Source: an uncultured Clostridia bacterium
Lineage (GTDB): Bacteria > Bacillota > Clostridia > Oscillospirales > Ruminococcaceae
Assembly: GCA_944387315.1 (NCBI GenBank)
Contig: CALXEL010000053.1
Span: 2,123-66,122, forward strand
DNA: 64,000 bases
Reading direction: 5' to 3'
The stretch's first letter is position 1. Each line of letters starts with the position of its first letter. The position numbers and the translations under genes were made by a program. Of the stretch, positions 8,569 through 18,275 are shown one piece after another. The notes beneath the pieces were generated by a model, which had not been told where the DNA came from, searched no databases, and saw only the letters and a list, made by a program, of their open reading frames with translations.

Positions 8569-8883
8569 TTGGAGGAATCCGCGGTGCGATTTACCTATCC
8601 CCAATATGTGGCGGTCTTCCGGGCCCTGTCTGATGAAACCCGCATTAAGATAGTGGAGCTGCTCTGCCAGCAGGAGATGTGTACCTGCCAGATGCTCAAG
8701 CATTTCGCCATCACCCAGCCCACCCTTTCCTACCACATTAAAATTCTCAGCGAATCCGGTCTGATCACCTCCCGGCGGGAGGGAGCCTGGACCATGTACC
8801 GGATCGACCCGGAAAAGGCGTCCATGGTGCGCTGTTTTCTGGAAGATGTAAACCCCCAAACCAAAGAGACCCTGTTTGGCTGA
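8569..8883 (+). CDS. ArsR/SmtB-family transcriptional regulator
   Basis: FRALSDETRIKIVELL..EMCTCQM..ITQPTLSYHIKILSESGLI wHTH. GTG at 8584 has better RBS spacing than TTG at 8569. Confidence 0.85.
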   Translation: MEESAVRFTYPQYVAVFRALSDETRIKIVELLCQQEMCTCQMLKHFAITQPTLSYHIKILSESGLITSRREGAWTMYRIDPEKASMVRCFLEDVNPQTKETLFG

Positions 8884-8932
8884 GTTTTTGCCCACAGATC
8901 AAACAGAGCCAACACAGAGGAATGACAGCTAT

Positions 8933-10021
8933 ATGGAAGATACCATTTTATCCATTGAAGGAATTCACAAACAATTTGATACCGTCAAAGCCCTGGATGG
9001 GGTATCCATTGATGTACGGCGGGGGGAGTTTCTCACCCTGCTGGGACCCTCGGGCTGCGGCAAAACCACCCTGCTGCGGATCATCGCCGGACTGGAACAC
9101 CCGGATGAGGGCCGGATTCTGTTAAACGGCCAGGATGTGACCGACTGGGAACCCAACCGGCGGGAAGTCAACACGGTGTTTCAGAACTACGCCCTCTTCC
9201 CCCATATGAATGTGGAGCGCAACATCTCCTATGGGCTGCGGCTGCGGAAGGTACCCAAAGAGGAGGCCCACCGGCGGGTGGAGGAGATGCTGGAACTGGT
9301 CCAGCTGGCCGGTTTTGGCCAGCGGATGCCCTCCCAGCTTTCGGGAGGCCAGCGGCAGCGGGTAGCCATTGCCCGGGCTCTGGTCTGTCAGCCAGCGGTG
9401 CTGCTTCTGGACGAGCCCTTGGGAGCCTTGGATTTACAGCTGCGCCGGCAGATGCAGACTGAGCTCAAGAGCCTGCAAAAGCGTCTGGGCATCACCTTTG
9501 TCTACATCACCCACGACCAGGAGGAAGCTCTCAACATGAGCGACCGGATTGGAATTCTCCACAACGGGCGGCTGGAACAGTTGGGAACCCCCGATGACAT
9601 CTATGAGCGGCCCATCACCCGGTTTGCCGCCCAGTTTATCGGCCAGAGCAATATGGTGGAGGCCCAGGTGCTGGATCAGGACCCGGATGGTCTGCTGACC
9701 CTCCGGTACGCCGGCGGCACCATCAAGGCAAAGGGCCAGGCTCAGCCGGGAGAACTGCTCACCCTTTCGGTGCGCACCGAGCGGGTCAAATACGGCAAGG
9801 ATACCCGCTATGGCTTCGATCTTTCGGGGACAGTGAAAGCCCACACCTACACCGGCGGCATGCTGCGGACCACCCTGCTGCTGCCCGACGGCCAGGAACT
9901 GACCGTCAGCGGCATGGGCGGCAGCGACGAGCGGGTGGCGGTGGGCACCCAGGTCCACATCCAGTGGGACCCGGCCTGTTCCGCCATTGTGGAGAGGAGG
10001 GAGCCCGGTGAAAAAGCGTAA
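8933..10021 (+). CDS. potA: Spermidine/putrescine ABC transporter ATP-binding protein
   Basis: Walker [18 protein letters not shown], Walker B LLLDEP and a C-terminal TOBE-like domain. Followed by potBCD. Start trimmed to MEDTIL. Confidence 0.9.
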   Translation: MEDTILSIEGIHKQFDTVKALDGVSIDVRRGEFLTLLGPSGCGKTTLLRIIAGLEHPDEGRILLNGQDVTDWEPNRREVNTVFQNYALFPHMNVERNISYGLRLRKVPKEEAHRRVEEMLELVQLAGFGQRMPSQLSGGQRQRVAIARALVCQPAVLLLDEPLGALDLQLRRQMQTELKSLQKRLGITFVYITHDQEEALNMSDRIGILHNGRLEQLGTPDDIYERPITRFAAQFIGQSNMVEAQVLDQDPDGLLTLRYAGGTIKAKGQAQPGELLTLSVRTERVKYGKDTRYGFDLSGTVKAHTYTGGMLRTTLLLPDGQELTVSGMGGSDERVAVGTQVHIQWDPACSAIVERREPGEKA

Positions 10022-10871
10022 ATCCTCGGGGAAGGCCCTCTCTCTGGGGGCTCTGCCCATGCTTCTCTGGACCCTGGTCTTTGTGGCCATCCCCCTGCTG
10101 TATATCCTGTGGATGAGCTTTATGAAGCGGTCGGCCACCTGGGGGGTGGTGGCCCAGTTCACCCTGGACAGCTACCAGAAAATCCTCAGCCCCACCTATT
10201 TAAAGGTGTTTGCTCAGAGCATGTGGGTGGCTCTTCTGACCACCCTGTTTACCCTGCTGCTGGGATACCCCTTTGCCTACTTTACCGCCAAGCTGCCCCG
10301 TCGGGCCCGGTCGGCGGTGCTGATGCTGCTGGTGGTGCCCTTCTGGACCAACTCGCTGGTGCGTATCTACGGCTGGATGATCCTGCTGCGCAGCCAGGGG
10401 GTGCTCAACAACCTGTTTCTCTCCCTGGGGCTCATTGACCAGCCTCTCAAAATGCTCTATACTTTTGGCTCGGTGCTCATCGGCATGATTTATGCCCTGA
10501 TCCCCTTTATGATCCTCTCCATCTACAGTTCGGTGGAAAAGATGGACTGGTCTTTGGTAGAGGCCGCCCGGGATCTGGGGGCATCCGCCTGGCGGGCTTT
10601 CTTCACCGTCACCCTGCCCCAGACCGCCCCCGGCATTATGGCGGGCTGTGTCCTGGTCTTTGTGCCCTCGGTGGGACTGTTCTTCATCTCCGACCTGATG
10701 GGGGGAGCCAAGACGGTGCTTCTGGGCAACCTGATTAGAAACGAGCTGCTCACCGCCCGGGACTGGCCCACCGGCGCCGCTTTGAGCATGGTGATGATGA
10801 TACTCTCCATGGGTATGATCGCCCTGTACAAACGGCTGGCGGGAGATAAAAGTTTGGAGGGGCTCTTGTAA
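10008..10871 (+). CDS. potB: Spermidine/putrescine ABC transporter permease
   Basis: BPD_transp_1 permease with an EAA loop (EAARDLGAS). GTG start follows ggagaggaggg and overlaps the potA stop. Confidence 0.85.
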   Translation: MKKRKSSGKALSLGALPMLLWTLVFVAIPLLYILWMSFMKRSATWGVVAQFTLDSYQKILSPTYLKVFAQSMWVALLTTLFTLLLGYPFAYFTAKLPRRARSAVLMLLVVPFWTNSLVRIYGWMILLRSQGVLNNLFLSLGLIDQPLKMLYTFGSVLIGMIYALIPFMILSIYSSVEKMDWSLVEAARDLGASAWRAFFTVTLPQTAPGIMAGCVLVFVPSVGLFFISDLMGGAKTVLLGNLIRNELLTARDWPTGAALSMVMMILSMGMIALYKRLAGDKSLEGLL

Positions 10872-11653
10872 TGAAGAAACTTGGAAAATGGCTGCCCCGG
10901 CTCTATGTGGCGGTACTGCTGGCCATTATGTACCTGCCCATCCTGGTAGTGGTAATCTACTCCTTTAACGACACCAAACTCTTCCAGTGGGAGGGCTTCA
11001 CCCTGGACTGGTACCGGAAACTGATGACCAACCGGGTCATTGGCCAGGCCTTTTGGAACAGTGTAAAACTGGCGGTGCTCAGCAGCGGCGCCGCCGCTGT
11101 GCTGGGTACAGTGGGAGCCATTGGCATGAGCCAGAGCCACTTTAAGACCAAAGGACTGTTGGAAAACGTCTCCATCATCCCCATTATGATTCCCGAAATC
11201 ATCCTGGGCATGGCCTATCTGGCCTTTTTCACCTATCTGCAAATTCCCTTTGGCATGGTGACTTTGGTCATTGCCCACACCGCTTTCTGTATTCCCTATA
11301 TCTACCTCAATGTCAAAGCCCGGCTGGCGGGACTGGACCCCTCTATTGGGGAAGCCGCCCTGGATTTGGGGGCCAGCCGGACCCGGATGTTCTGGGACAT
11401 CACCCTGCCCATGATCTTCCCGGCGGTGGCCTCAGGGACCCTGCTGGCCTTTGCCATGAGCATGGATGATGTGGTCATCAGCTTTTTCGCCACCGGGCCT
11501 CAGGTGACCACCCTGCCCCTGCACATCTACTCCATGCTGAAAATGGGGGTGACCCCGGAAATCAACGCCCTGTGTACCATTATGTTGGGAGTTGTCTTCC
11601 TGGGAGCTGCCCTGCTGCGACTGCTGCGCGCCAGCCGTAAGGCTCAACAATAG
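10871..11653 (+). CDS. potC: Spermidine/putrescine ABC transporter permease
   Basis: EAA loop (EAALDLGASR). Start overlaps the potB stop (TAATG). Confidence 0.85.
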   Translation: MKKLGKWLPRLYVAVLLAIMYLPILVVVIYSFNDTKLFQWEGFTLDWYRKLMTNRVIGQAFWNSVKLAVLSSGAAAVLGTVGAIGMSQSHFKTKGLLENVSIIPIMIPEIILGMAYLAFFTYLQIPFGMVTLVIAHTAFCIPYIYLNVKARLAGLDPSIGEAALDLGASRTRMFWDITLPMIFPAVASGTLLAFAMSMDDVVISFFATGPQVTTLPLHIYSMLKMGVTPEINALCTIMLGVVFLGAALLRLLRASRKAQQ

Positions 11654-11685
11654 ATTCTAACAAATCAGGAAAGGACGTGTTCTTC

Positions 11686-12762
11686 ATGTCACTGTGTAAA
11701 AAACTGCTTTCCCTGGCTCTGACTGTGGCCATGGTCACCGCTCTGGCAGGGTGCAGCACCTCCAATTCCAGCTCCTCTGGTTCCCAGTCGGAAACCCAGG
11801 GTGAGGAAAAGGTGCTCAACATCTTTACTTGGGCTGGGTACTTCCCCGATGACATTCTGGCGGAATTCACCGAGGCCACTGGTATTGAGGTCAACTTTGT
11901 ACCCTTTGAGTCCAACGATGAGATGCTTATGAAGCTCCAGGCGGCCCAGGGCGGCGACTACGATATTGTCCTGGCCAGCGACTACATCATCGACATCGCC
12001 CGGAATGAGGGGCTCCTCAAAGAGCTGGACACCAGCAAGATTCCCAACTTTGTCAACATCGCCTCCGGCTTCCAGAACCAGTACTATGACCCTGAGAACA
12101 AGTACACCGTCCCCTATGCCGCCGGTATTCCTCTCATTGTCTACAACCCTGAAATGGTAGACTTTGAGATCACTGGCTATGAGGACCTGTGGAACCCTGC
12201 CCTGGCTGACTCGGTTGTAGTAATGGACGACGCCCGCAACGTCATCGGCCTCACCCTGAAAACCATGGGGGAGAGCCTCAACACCACCGATCCTGAGATT
12301 CTGGAGCAGGCCAAGGAAAAGCTGATGACCCTCAAGCCCAACATCCGGGCCCTGGATTACAACACCCCCCACATCCTGATGATCAGCGGGGAGACCGCTG
12401 TGGGCTATATGTTCACCTCCCAGGTGGTAACCGCTCTCCAGGCCAACCCAGACCTGAAGGTGGTTTACCCCAAGGAGGGACTGGGCTTTGGCATTGACGC
12501 CTGCTTCGTGCCGGTCAACGCCCCCCATCCTGACAACGCTTTCGCCTTCCTGGACTTTATCCTGGATGGAGAACGCTCTGCCAGAATTTCTGAGCAGACC
12601 CTCTACATCAACTGCAACTCGGCCGCTGCCGCCGAGGAGTATGAGCTCAACCCCGCCCTCATCATCTCCAACGATATCATTGAAAACGCCGAGATGATTA
12701 AGGACGTAGGCGAAACCGCCAGCCTCTACAACGACATCTGGACCGAATTCAAACTCAGCTAA
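11686..12762 (+). CDS. potD: Spermidine/putrescine-binding lipoprotein
   Basis: Lipobox LAGCS and PotD/PotF-like SBP sequence. ATG at 11686 is preferred over GTG at 11677 on RBS spacing. Confidence 0.85.
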   Translation: MSLCKKLLSLALTVAMVTALAGCSTSNSSSSGSQSETQGEEKVLNIFTWAGYFPDDILAEFTEATGIEVNFVPFESNDEMLMKLQAAQGGDYDIVLASDYIIDIARNEGLLKELDTSKIPNFVNIASGFQNQYYDPENKYTVPYAAGIPLIVYNPEMVDFEITGYEDLWNPALADSVVVMDDARNVIGLTLKTMGESLNTTDPEILEQAKEKLMTLKPNIRALDYNTPHILMISGETAVGYMFTSQVVTALQANPDLKVVYPKEGLGFGIDACFVPVNAPHPDNAFAFLDFILDGERSARISEQTLYINCNSAAAAEEYELNPALIISNDIIENAEMIKDVGETASLYNDIWTEFKLS

Positions 12763-12777
12763 CCCCACAATAAAAAG

Positions 12778-12806
12778 AGCCCCCTCAGGCGAGGGGGCTT
12801 TTTTTA
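12778..12806. terminator. Bidirectional intrinsic terminator (potD / XRE gene)
   Basis: agccccctc-aggc-gagggggct, flanked by an A-run and a T-run. Confidence 0.85.
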
Positions 12807-13046
12807 TTTCAGTTCCTGTTCCAATGTATCAAACAGCTCGGTGTCAAAAAACTCTCCCAGAGTGATACCAAACCCATCGCAGAGCTTTTTGATGGTGACA
12901 ATGCCAGGGTTTTGACTTTTACCGTTCAGCATGCTGTACACCGTCATGGGAGGTAGTCCAGCCAGATTGGCCAGCCCATTCACGGTCAGTCCTCTTTCCT
13001 TACAAAGTTCCTCAATACGGCGGGCCACTGCCTCCCTTGTATCCAT
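12804..13046 (-). CDS. XRE-family HTH transcriptional regulator
   Basis: HTH_3-like: RIEELCKERGLTVNGLANLAGLPPMTVYSMLNG. Start trimmed to MDTREA, which has a gaggtg RBS. Confidence 0.8.
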   Translation of the reverse strand: MDTREAVARRIEELCKERGLTVNGLANLAGLPPMTVYSMLNGKSQNPGIVTIKKLCDGFGITLGEFFDTELFDTLEQELK

Positions 13047-13109
13047 AAGACACCTCTCGATATAAGATATTTCTTGCATTAAGACTATCTTTTCGTCAGA
13101 TATTTCGTG

Positions 13110-13145
13110 TAAGATATATCTTATATTCCGTATTTTTGTTATAAT
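13110..13145 (+). promoter_or_regulatory. Perfect 14-bp palindrome plus an extended -10 promoter for the SLOG gene
   Basis: taagatatatctta (13110-13123) lies immediately upstream of TGtTATAAT (13137-13145). The AAGATAT-like core recurs at about 13064 and about 13098. Confidence 0.5.
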
Positions 13146-13174
13146 ATACGATATATTTTATATGAGGTGTTTGA

Positions 13175-13687
13175 ATGAAATTATATTCCTGCTGTTTTAC
13201 CGGCCATCGGACAATTCCACCGGAGGATGAACTCTGGCTGAGACAGGCCCTGCCCCCTTTGCTGGAAAATCTGTTTGACCGGGGGTTTCAAACCTATCTC
13301 TGTGGCGGGGCCCGGGGTTTTGACACTCTGGCAGCCCAGGCTGTTCTGGCCTTGCGGGAGCGGCACCCTGCTGTCCGTTTGGCTTTGATTCTCCCCTGTG
13401 CCCAGCAGACCAAAGCCTGGCCGGCAGAAGATACTGCCCTGTACAACTTTATAAAAACACAGGCCGATCAGGTCACTGTTCTCTCTCCCCGCTATTATGC
13501 CGGGTGCATGCAGCGGCGCAACCGGGCACTGGTGGACGGCGCTGCCCTTTGTGTGGCTTACTGCACCCGTCCCCAGGGGGGAACCGCCTACACTGTGGCC
13601 TATGCCCGTCACACAGGAAAAGAGGTGCACCTTCTCATCCCTGCCAATAAAAAAACTTGCAACTGTCCCTGTGACCGTTTAAAATGA
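13175..13687 (+). CDS. SLOG-superfamily protein (YpsA/DUF1273-like)
   Basis: FTGHR..GGARGFDTLAAQAVL..ILPC...RNRALVD..L..Y pattern is typical of DUF1273/YpsA-clade SLOG proteins. Confidence 0.65.
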   Translation: MKLYSCCFTGHRTIPPEDELWLRQALPPLLENLFDRGFQTYLCGGARGFDTLAAQAVLALRERHPAVRLALILPCAQQTKAWPAEDTALYNFIKTQADQVTVLSPRYYAGCMQRRNRALVDGAALCVAYCTRPQGGTAYTVAYARHTGKEVHLLIPANKKTCNCPCDRLK

Positions 13688-13744
13688 TAGTAAGAAAAAG
13701 ACTCCGGCGGACGCCCCGGCGGAGAGAAAAAGGAGGACTGTTTT

Positions 13745-15373
13745 ATGTTGGATATAAAAATCATAGGGGGCACCATTCTGGATGGGGAAACCCGGGAGGG
13801 GTACGCCGCCGACCTGGGCATACAGGGAGACAAAATTGTTGCCATAGGCAACCTGGCTGACACCCCCGCTGGCAAAACCATTGATGCCACCGGTAAAATG
13901 GTCTGTCCTGGTTTTATTGACATGCATACCCACTCGGATCTCTCCCTGCTCACCGATTCCCGGGCCTGCAGCCGGATTCACGATGGAGTGACCACCGACG
14001 TGGTGGGAAACTGTGGCATTGGTGTGGCACCGGTATCAGAAAATACCCGCCAGCTGCTCATCGACTATCTGGGTACCCGGATTGCTGGCAGTATTCCGGG
14101 GAAATTTGAGCTCCACTGGAACACCTATCAGGAATACCTGGACTATATCCGCAGCCATCCGGCAGCGGTAAACACCGTGCCTTTGCTGGCCCAGGGGGCT
14201 ATCCGGATTCACGAGATGGGCTTTGCCAAAGGCAAGGCCACACCGGAGCAAATTGCCAATATGCGCCGGGAGGTAGCCGCTGCCCTGGAAGCGGGCGCTG
14301 TCGGCCTCTCCTCCGGCCTTATCTACCTGCCCGGGGAATACACCGACCGGGATGAGATGAGTCAGCTTTGTAAGGAACTGGCCATCCATGGAGGCTTTTA
14401 TGTCACCCATATGCGCAGTGAGGCAGACAAGGTTTTTGAGGCCTTTGACGAGGCCCTGGAAGTGGCTCGCCGGTCAGGGGCGCCCCTGCACATTTCCCAT
14501 CTGAAGGTGACCGCCTCCCATGTGGGACATGCCGACCAGCTGCTGGAACGGATTGAGAAAGCCCGGCAGGAGGGCGTGGACGTCACCTTTGACCTCTATC
14601 CCTACACCTCCGGCATGACCTCTCTGGGCGCTCTCATGCCGCCCTGGGCATTTGAGGGAGGCGTGGCCAACATGATTCAGCGGCTGGGTCAGCCGGAGCT
14701 GCGCCAGCGGATTCGCCACGACATGGAATTTGGCCTGCCAGGCTGGCAGAACTTTATTCCCACCATGAAAAACTGGGGGGAGAATGTCTCGGTCATTTCG
14801 GTTCTGGCCCAGGGACACCGGGATTGGGAGGGCAAAACCATTGCCCAGATCGCCCAGGAGATGGGTACCGACCTGTTTGAGGCAGTATTTACCATGCTGA
14901 TCGCCAGCAATAGCCGGATTCAGATTATCATTGATTCTATGGACGACCGGGATGTTGCCACCATTCTCAGCCACCCCGATTCTATGATCGGCTCGGACAG
15001 CATGAGCCTGGCCACCGATGGCCTGCTGGGCCAGGTAAAGGCTCATCCCAGAGCCTACGGCACCCATGCCCGGGTTCTGGAAAAATACGCCAAGAACGAA
15101 AAGCGCATCACCTTTGGGGAAGCGGTGCGGAAATTCACTGCTCTGCCTGCCAAACGGTTGGGACTGGTAAAACGGGGCATGCTGAAAGAGGGCTACTATG
15201 CCGACATCACCATCTTTGACCCCCAAACCATCGCGGAAAAAGCGACAGTGGCCAACCCCCAGCAGTACTCCCAGGGGTTTGATACTGTCATTGTCAACGG
15301 CCAGATCGCCATGGAGGGCGGAGTTCAGACCGCTGCCATTGCCGGCCGGCTGCTCAGCAACCGGGAGTTCTAA
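13745..15373 (+). CDS. N-acyl-D-amino-acid deacylase (D-aminoacylase) family amidohydrolase
   Basis: N-terminal IIGGTILDG..PGFIDMHTHSD, ~540 aa, C-terminal ADITIFDP..V.NG, typical of the D-aminoacylase family. Confidence 0.75.
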   Translation: MLDIKIIGGTILDGETREGYAADLGIQGDKIVAIGNLADTPAGKTIDATGKMVCPGFIDMHTHSDLSLLTDSRACSRIHDGVTTDVVGNCGIGVAPVSENTRQLLIDYLGTRIAGSIPGKFELHWNTYQEYLDYIRSHPAAVNTVPLLAQGAIRIHEMGFAKGKATPEQIANMRREVAAALEAGAVGLSSGLIYLPGEYTDRDEMSQLCKELAIHGGFYVTHMRSEADKVFEAFDEALEVARRSGAPLHISHLKVTASHVGHADQLLERIEKARQEGVDVTFDLYPYTSGMTSLGALMPPWAFEGGVANMIQRLGQPELRQRIRHDMEFGLPGWQNFIPTMKNWGENVSVISVLAQGHRDWEGKTIAQIAQEMGTDLFEAVFTMLIASNSRIQIIIDSMDDRDVATILSHPDSMIGSDSMSLATDGLLGQVKAHPRAYGTHARVLEKYAKNEKRITFGEAVRKFTALPAKRLGLVKRGMLKEGYYADITIFDPQTIAEKATVANPQQYSQGFDTVIVNGQIAMEGGVQTAAIAGRLLSNREF

Positions 15374-15384
15374 GTCAAAACCCT

Positions 15385-15415
15385 GGCCCCGGCCATCAGG
15401 CCGGGGCCGCTTTAT
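15385..15415 (+). terminator. Probable terminator after the D-aminoacylase gene
   Basis: ggccccggcc-atca-ggccggggcc, with a weak T-tract. Confidence 0.45.
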
Positions 15416-15430
15416 AAGGAGGAAACCTCT

Positions 15431-16186
15431 ATGGATCAAAAAATTGCCCAGTTCCATCAGATGCTGGAAGAGAGCCGCTCGGTCGTCTTTTTTGGCGGGG
15501 CCGGGGTCTCCACCGAAAGCGGGATCCCTGACTTTCGCAGTGTGGATGGGCTCTACCATCAAAAGTACGACTATCCCCCTGAGGTGATGCTGAGCCACAG
15601 CTTTTATGAGGCCCACACCGCCCAGTTCTATGATTTTTACCGGAGTAAAATGCTCTTTTTGAACGCCAAGCCCGGCCCGGCCCACCTGGCTCTGGCACGG
15701 CTGGAAGCCCTGGGACGGCTGCGTTCGGTGGTGACCCAGAACATCGACGGCCTCCACCAGCTGGCAGGCAGCAAACGGGTTTGGGAGCTCCATGGCTCGG
15801 TCCACCGCAACTACTGCCAGCGCTGCCACAAGGAATATGACGCCCAGTATATCCTCCACACCACTGGGATTCCCACCTGTGACTGCGGCGGGGTCATCAA
15901 ACCGGATGTGGTTCTCTATGAGGAGGGGCTGGACAGCTACACCCTGGAAATGGCCAGCCGGGACATCCAGCAGGCGGACCTGCTGATTATCGGGGGCACC
16001 TCCCTGGCGGTCTATCCAGCGGCAGGACTGATCCACCTCTATCAGGGGGACCGGCTGGTGGTCATCAACAAAAGCCCCACCCCCGCTGACACCCAGGCCA
16101 CCCTGCTGTTTTCCCAGGGAATTGGGCAGGTGCTCTCCCAGGCGGTGGAGGGCCTCTCCCCCTTAGATGAAAGGCAGGTGCCCTAG
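15431..16186 (+). CDS. cobB: NAD-dependent protein deacylase (Sir2 family)
   Basis: GAGVSTESGIPDFRS, QNIDGLH, zinc ribbon CxxC..CxC, and GTSL. Confidence 0.85.
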   Translation: MDQKIAQFHQMLEESRSVVFFGGAGVSTESGIPDFRSVDGLYHQKYDYPPEVMLSHSFYEAHTAQFYDFYRSKMLFLNAKPGPAHLALARLEALGRLRSVVTQNIDGLHQLAGSKRVWELHGSVHRNYCQRCHKEYDAQYILHTTGIPTCDCGGVIKPDVVLYEEGLDSYTLEMASRDIQQADLLIIGGTSLAVYPAAGLIHLYQGDRLVVINKSPTPADTQATLLFSQGIGQVLSQAVEGLSPLDERQVP

Positions 16187-17536
16187 GTGGCCGGCTGCTT
16201 GCTTTCCCCGCCTGGCTATGTGACCGATGCCCTCTCCCGGCTGGAGGCGGCAGGATATGAGGCCTGTCTGGTAGGCGGCTGTGTCCGGGACAGCCTGCGG
16301 GGGGAGACCCCACAGGACTGGGACATTGCCACCTCAGCACTGCCCCAGCAGACCATTCAGGTCTTTGCCTCTCTGCCGGTGATTCCCACCGGCCTGCGCC
16401 ATGGCACCGTCACCGTCCTTGTGGAAGGCCATCCCCTGGAGATCACCACCTACCGGATCGACGGCAGTTACACCGATGGCCGCCACCCGGATGGTGTCAC
16501 CTTTACCTCCCGGTTGGAGGAGGACCTGGCCCGGCGGGACTTTACTGTCAACGCCCTGGCCTGGAACCCCAGGCTGGGGCTGGTGGACCTGTATGGAGGT
16601 CAAAAAGACCTGGAGGATAGAATCCTTCGCTGTGTGGGGGAACCGACCCGGCGGTTTGAAGAGGACGCCTTGCGGATTCTGCGGGGACTGCGGTTCGCCG
16701 CCACCTTAAACCTGCGGGTAGAACCGGCCACTTGGCAGGCCATGATGGACTGCCGGCAGCTGTTGGACCGGGTGGCCCGGGAACGGATTTCCGCCGAGCT
16801 GCGCAAACTGCTCCTTGGGGAGAGCACCGGAGAGATTTTGGAGAGGGCCGCCCCCATTTTAGGGGTGTTCCTCCCGGAGATTCTCCCCATGGTGGGGCTG
16901 GATCAGCACAACCCCCACCATCTGTGGGATGTGTGGGGGCACACCTGCCAAGCCATCCAGCTGGCCCCTAAGGATTCCATTGTAAGGGAGGCCCTGCTGT
17001 TTCACGACATTGGCAAGCCCCCTTGTTTTACCCTGGATGAACAGGGAACCGGCCATTTTTACGGCCACGCCCAGGTGAGCGCCGCCATGGCTGAAACAAT
17101 TCTCACCCGGCTGCGGTGGGAACAGGAAGCCATCCATCAGATCACCACCCTCATCCAATGGCACATGGCCCAGATCCCTCCCACCCGGCCGGTGGTACGC
17201 CGTTGGCTCAACCGGCTGGGGGAGGAGAACTTCCGGCGGCTGCTGGCGGTGCGCCAGGCCGACCTGGGGGCCAGCGCCCCCTCCCCCCAAGGGCAGGAGG
17301 AAGTGGCCCGGCTGAGAGAACTGCTGGAAGAGGTACTGGCGGAGGGGCTCTGCTTTTCCCGCAAGGACCTGGCTGTCACTGGGCGGGACCTGCTGGCCCT
17401 GGGCTGTCCCCCTGGCCCGGCGGTGGGGGAGCTGCTGGCCTTTCTGTTGGAGGAAGTTCTCTCGGAGCGGCAGCCCAACCGGCGTGATATTCTGCTGGAT
17501 CTTGCCCGGACCCAACTGGATGGAAAGAGCCTTTAA
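16187..17536 (+). CDS. cca: CCA tRNA nucleotidyltransferase with HD domain
   Basis: GGCVRD..DWDI head domain, RRDFTVNA, and an HD region (LFHDIGKP). GTG start abuts the cobB stop. Confidence 0.85.
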   Translation: MAGCLLSPPGYVTDALSRLEAAGYEACLVGGCVRDSLRGETPQDWDIATSALPQQTIQVFASLPVIPTGLRHGTVTVLVEGHPLEITTYRIDGSYTDGRHPDGVTFTSRLEEDLARRDFTVNALAWNPRLGLVDLYGGQKDLEDRILRCVGEPTRRFEEDALRILRGLRFAATLNLRVEPATWQAMMDCRQLLDRVARERISAELRKLLLGESTGEILERAAPILGVFLPEILPMVGLDQHNPHHLWDVWGHTCQAIQLAPKDSIVREALLFHDIGKPPCFTLDEQGTGHFYGHAQVSAAMAETILTRLRWEQEAIHQITTLIQWHMAQIPPTRPVVRRWLNRLGEENFRRLLAVRQADLGASAPSPQGQEEVARLRELLEEVLAEGLCFSRKDLAVTGRDLLALGCPPGPAVGELLAFLLEEVLSERQPNRRDILLDLARTQLDGKSL

Positions 17537-17615
17537 GCCCCATCAGATGATCTGACAAACACAAAAGCACCCGCTACCCCAAAAACGGTAACAGGTGCTT
17601 TCTTTTTGTTGGGAA

Positions 17616-18275
17616 TTACTCCCCTTTGGGATGGAGCTGCCGGTACCAAAGGTAGGAGCACACAACAGGAATTACAGATACCACAAAGATAATGGTCATC
17701 ATCAGCCCAAAGAGGAGACTGTCCTCTTTGATGAAAAACGCGCCGGCCGCAATGGCCAGGCCGCCGGCAAACCACAGTTTGCCCGCCAGCCGGTGGGTCT
17801 TGTTCCAGACAGTGGTGTCCGAGAGAGTCCATGGGGTTTTAATCCCCATAAAGTAGTTGCTTTTCATCTTGTGCATCATATTTCCAAAAAAGATAAACAG
17901 CAATCCAATCATCACAGTGACTGCTATTCCCACCGAGATCCGGCCCGGGTAGAAGGTCTCGGAGATCACCACCCCAGTCATGGCCAGCAGGAATACAAAC
18001 ATTACATAGCAAAAGCTGTCGTAAACCCCCTGGAACTTTTTGTAGTTTTGGGTGCGTGGGTCAATTTTGGGCAGCAGCAAAAACAGCGCCCCAAACAGTG
18101 GGGACATACCGCTGACCATCCACAGCTGCCACTTGGAGCCATAGCTCACCTGGCCGTCAATCCCCCAGTGAAGGGGAATCTGGTCTGGCAAATTGCCATA
18201 GACCAGCCCGGTCAGCAAAACCGGTGCCAGAGCCAGCGCCCAGTATACAATGGTTTTCACTCTGCTATTCTTCAT
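17616..18275 (-). CDS. SdpI/YfhL-family membrane protein (DUF1648 plus SdpI)
   Basis: N-terminal LP..IP.HW....G..D..G motif and multiple TM helices. Start trimmed to MKNSRVK, which has a GAGGAGG RBS. Overlaps the upstream regulator gene. Confidence 0.75.
   Translation of the reverse strand: MKNSRVKTIVYWALALAPVLLTGLVYGNLPDQIPLHWGIDGQVSYGSKWQLWMVSGMSPLFGALFLLLPKIDPRTQNYKKFQGVYDSFCYVMFVFLLAMTGVVISETFYPGRISVGIAVTVMIGLLFIFFGNMMHKMKSNYFMGIKTPWTLSDTTVWNKTHRLAGKLWFAGGLAIAAGAFFIKEDSLLFGLMMTIIFVVSVIPVVCSYLWYRQLHPKGE

Noticed and set aside
11689-12768. 359-aa minus-strand ORF
   Set aside because: It is antisense to potD, has no RBS and gives a low-complexity translation.
14474-16036. 520-aa minus-strand ORF
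   Set aside because: It is antisense to the D-aminoacylase and cobB genes and would span their intergenic terminator. Low-complexity translation. Shadow ORF.
15431-16186. Sir2-domain protein as a possible anti-phage defence gene
   Set aside because: It has the complete CobB-type deacylase signature with a zinc ribbon. It sits in a housekeeping context (translationally abutting cca) and has no partner effector gene.
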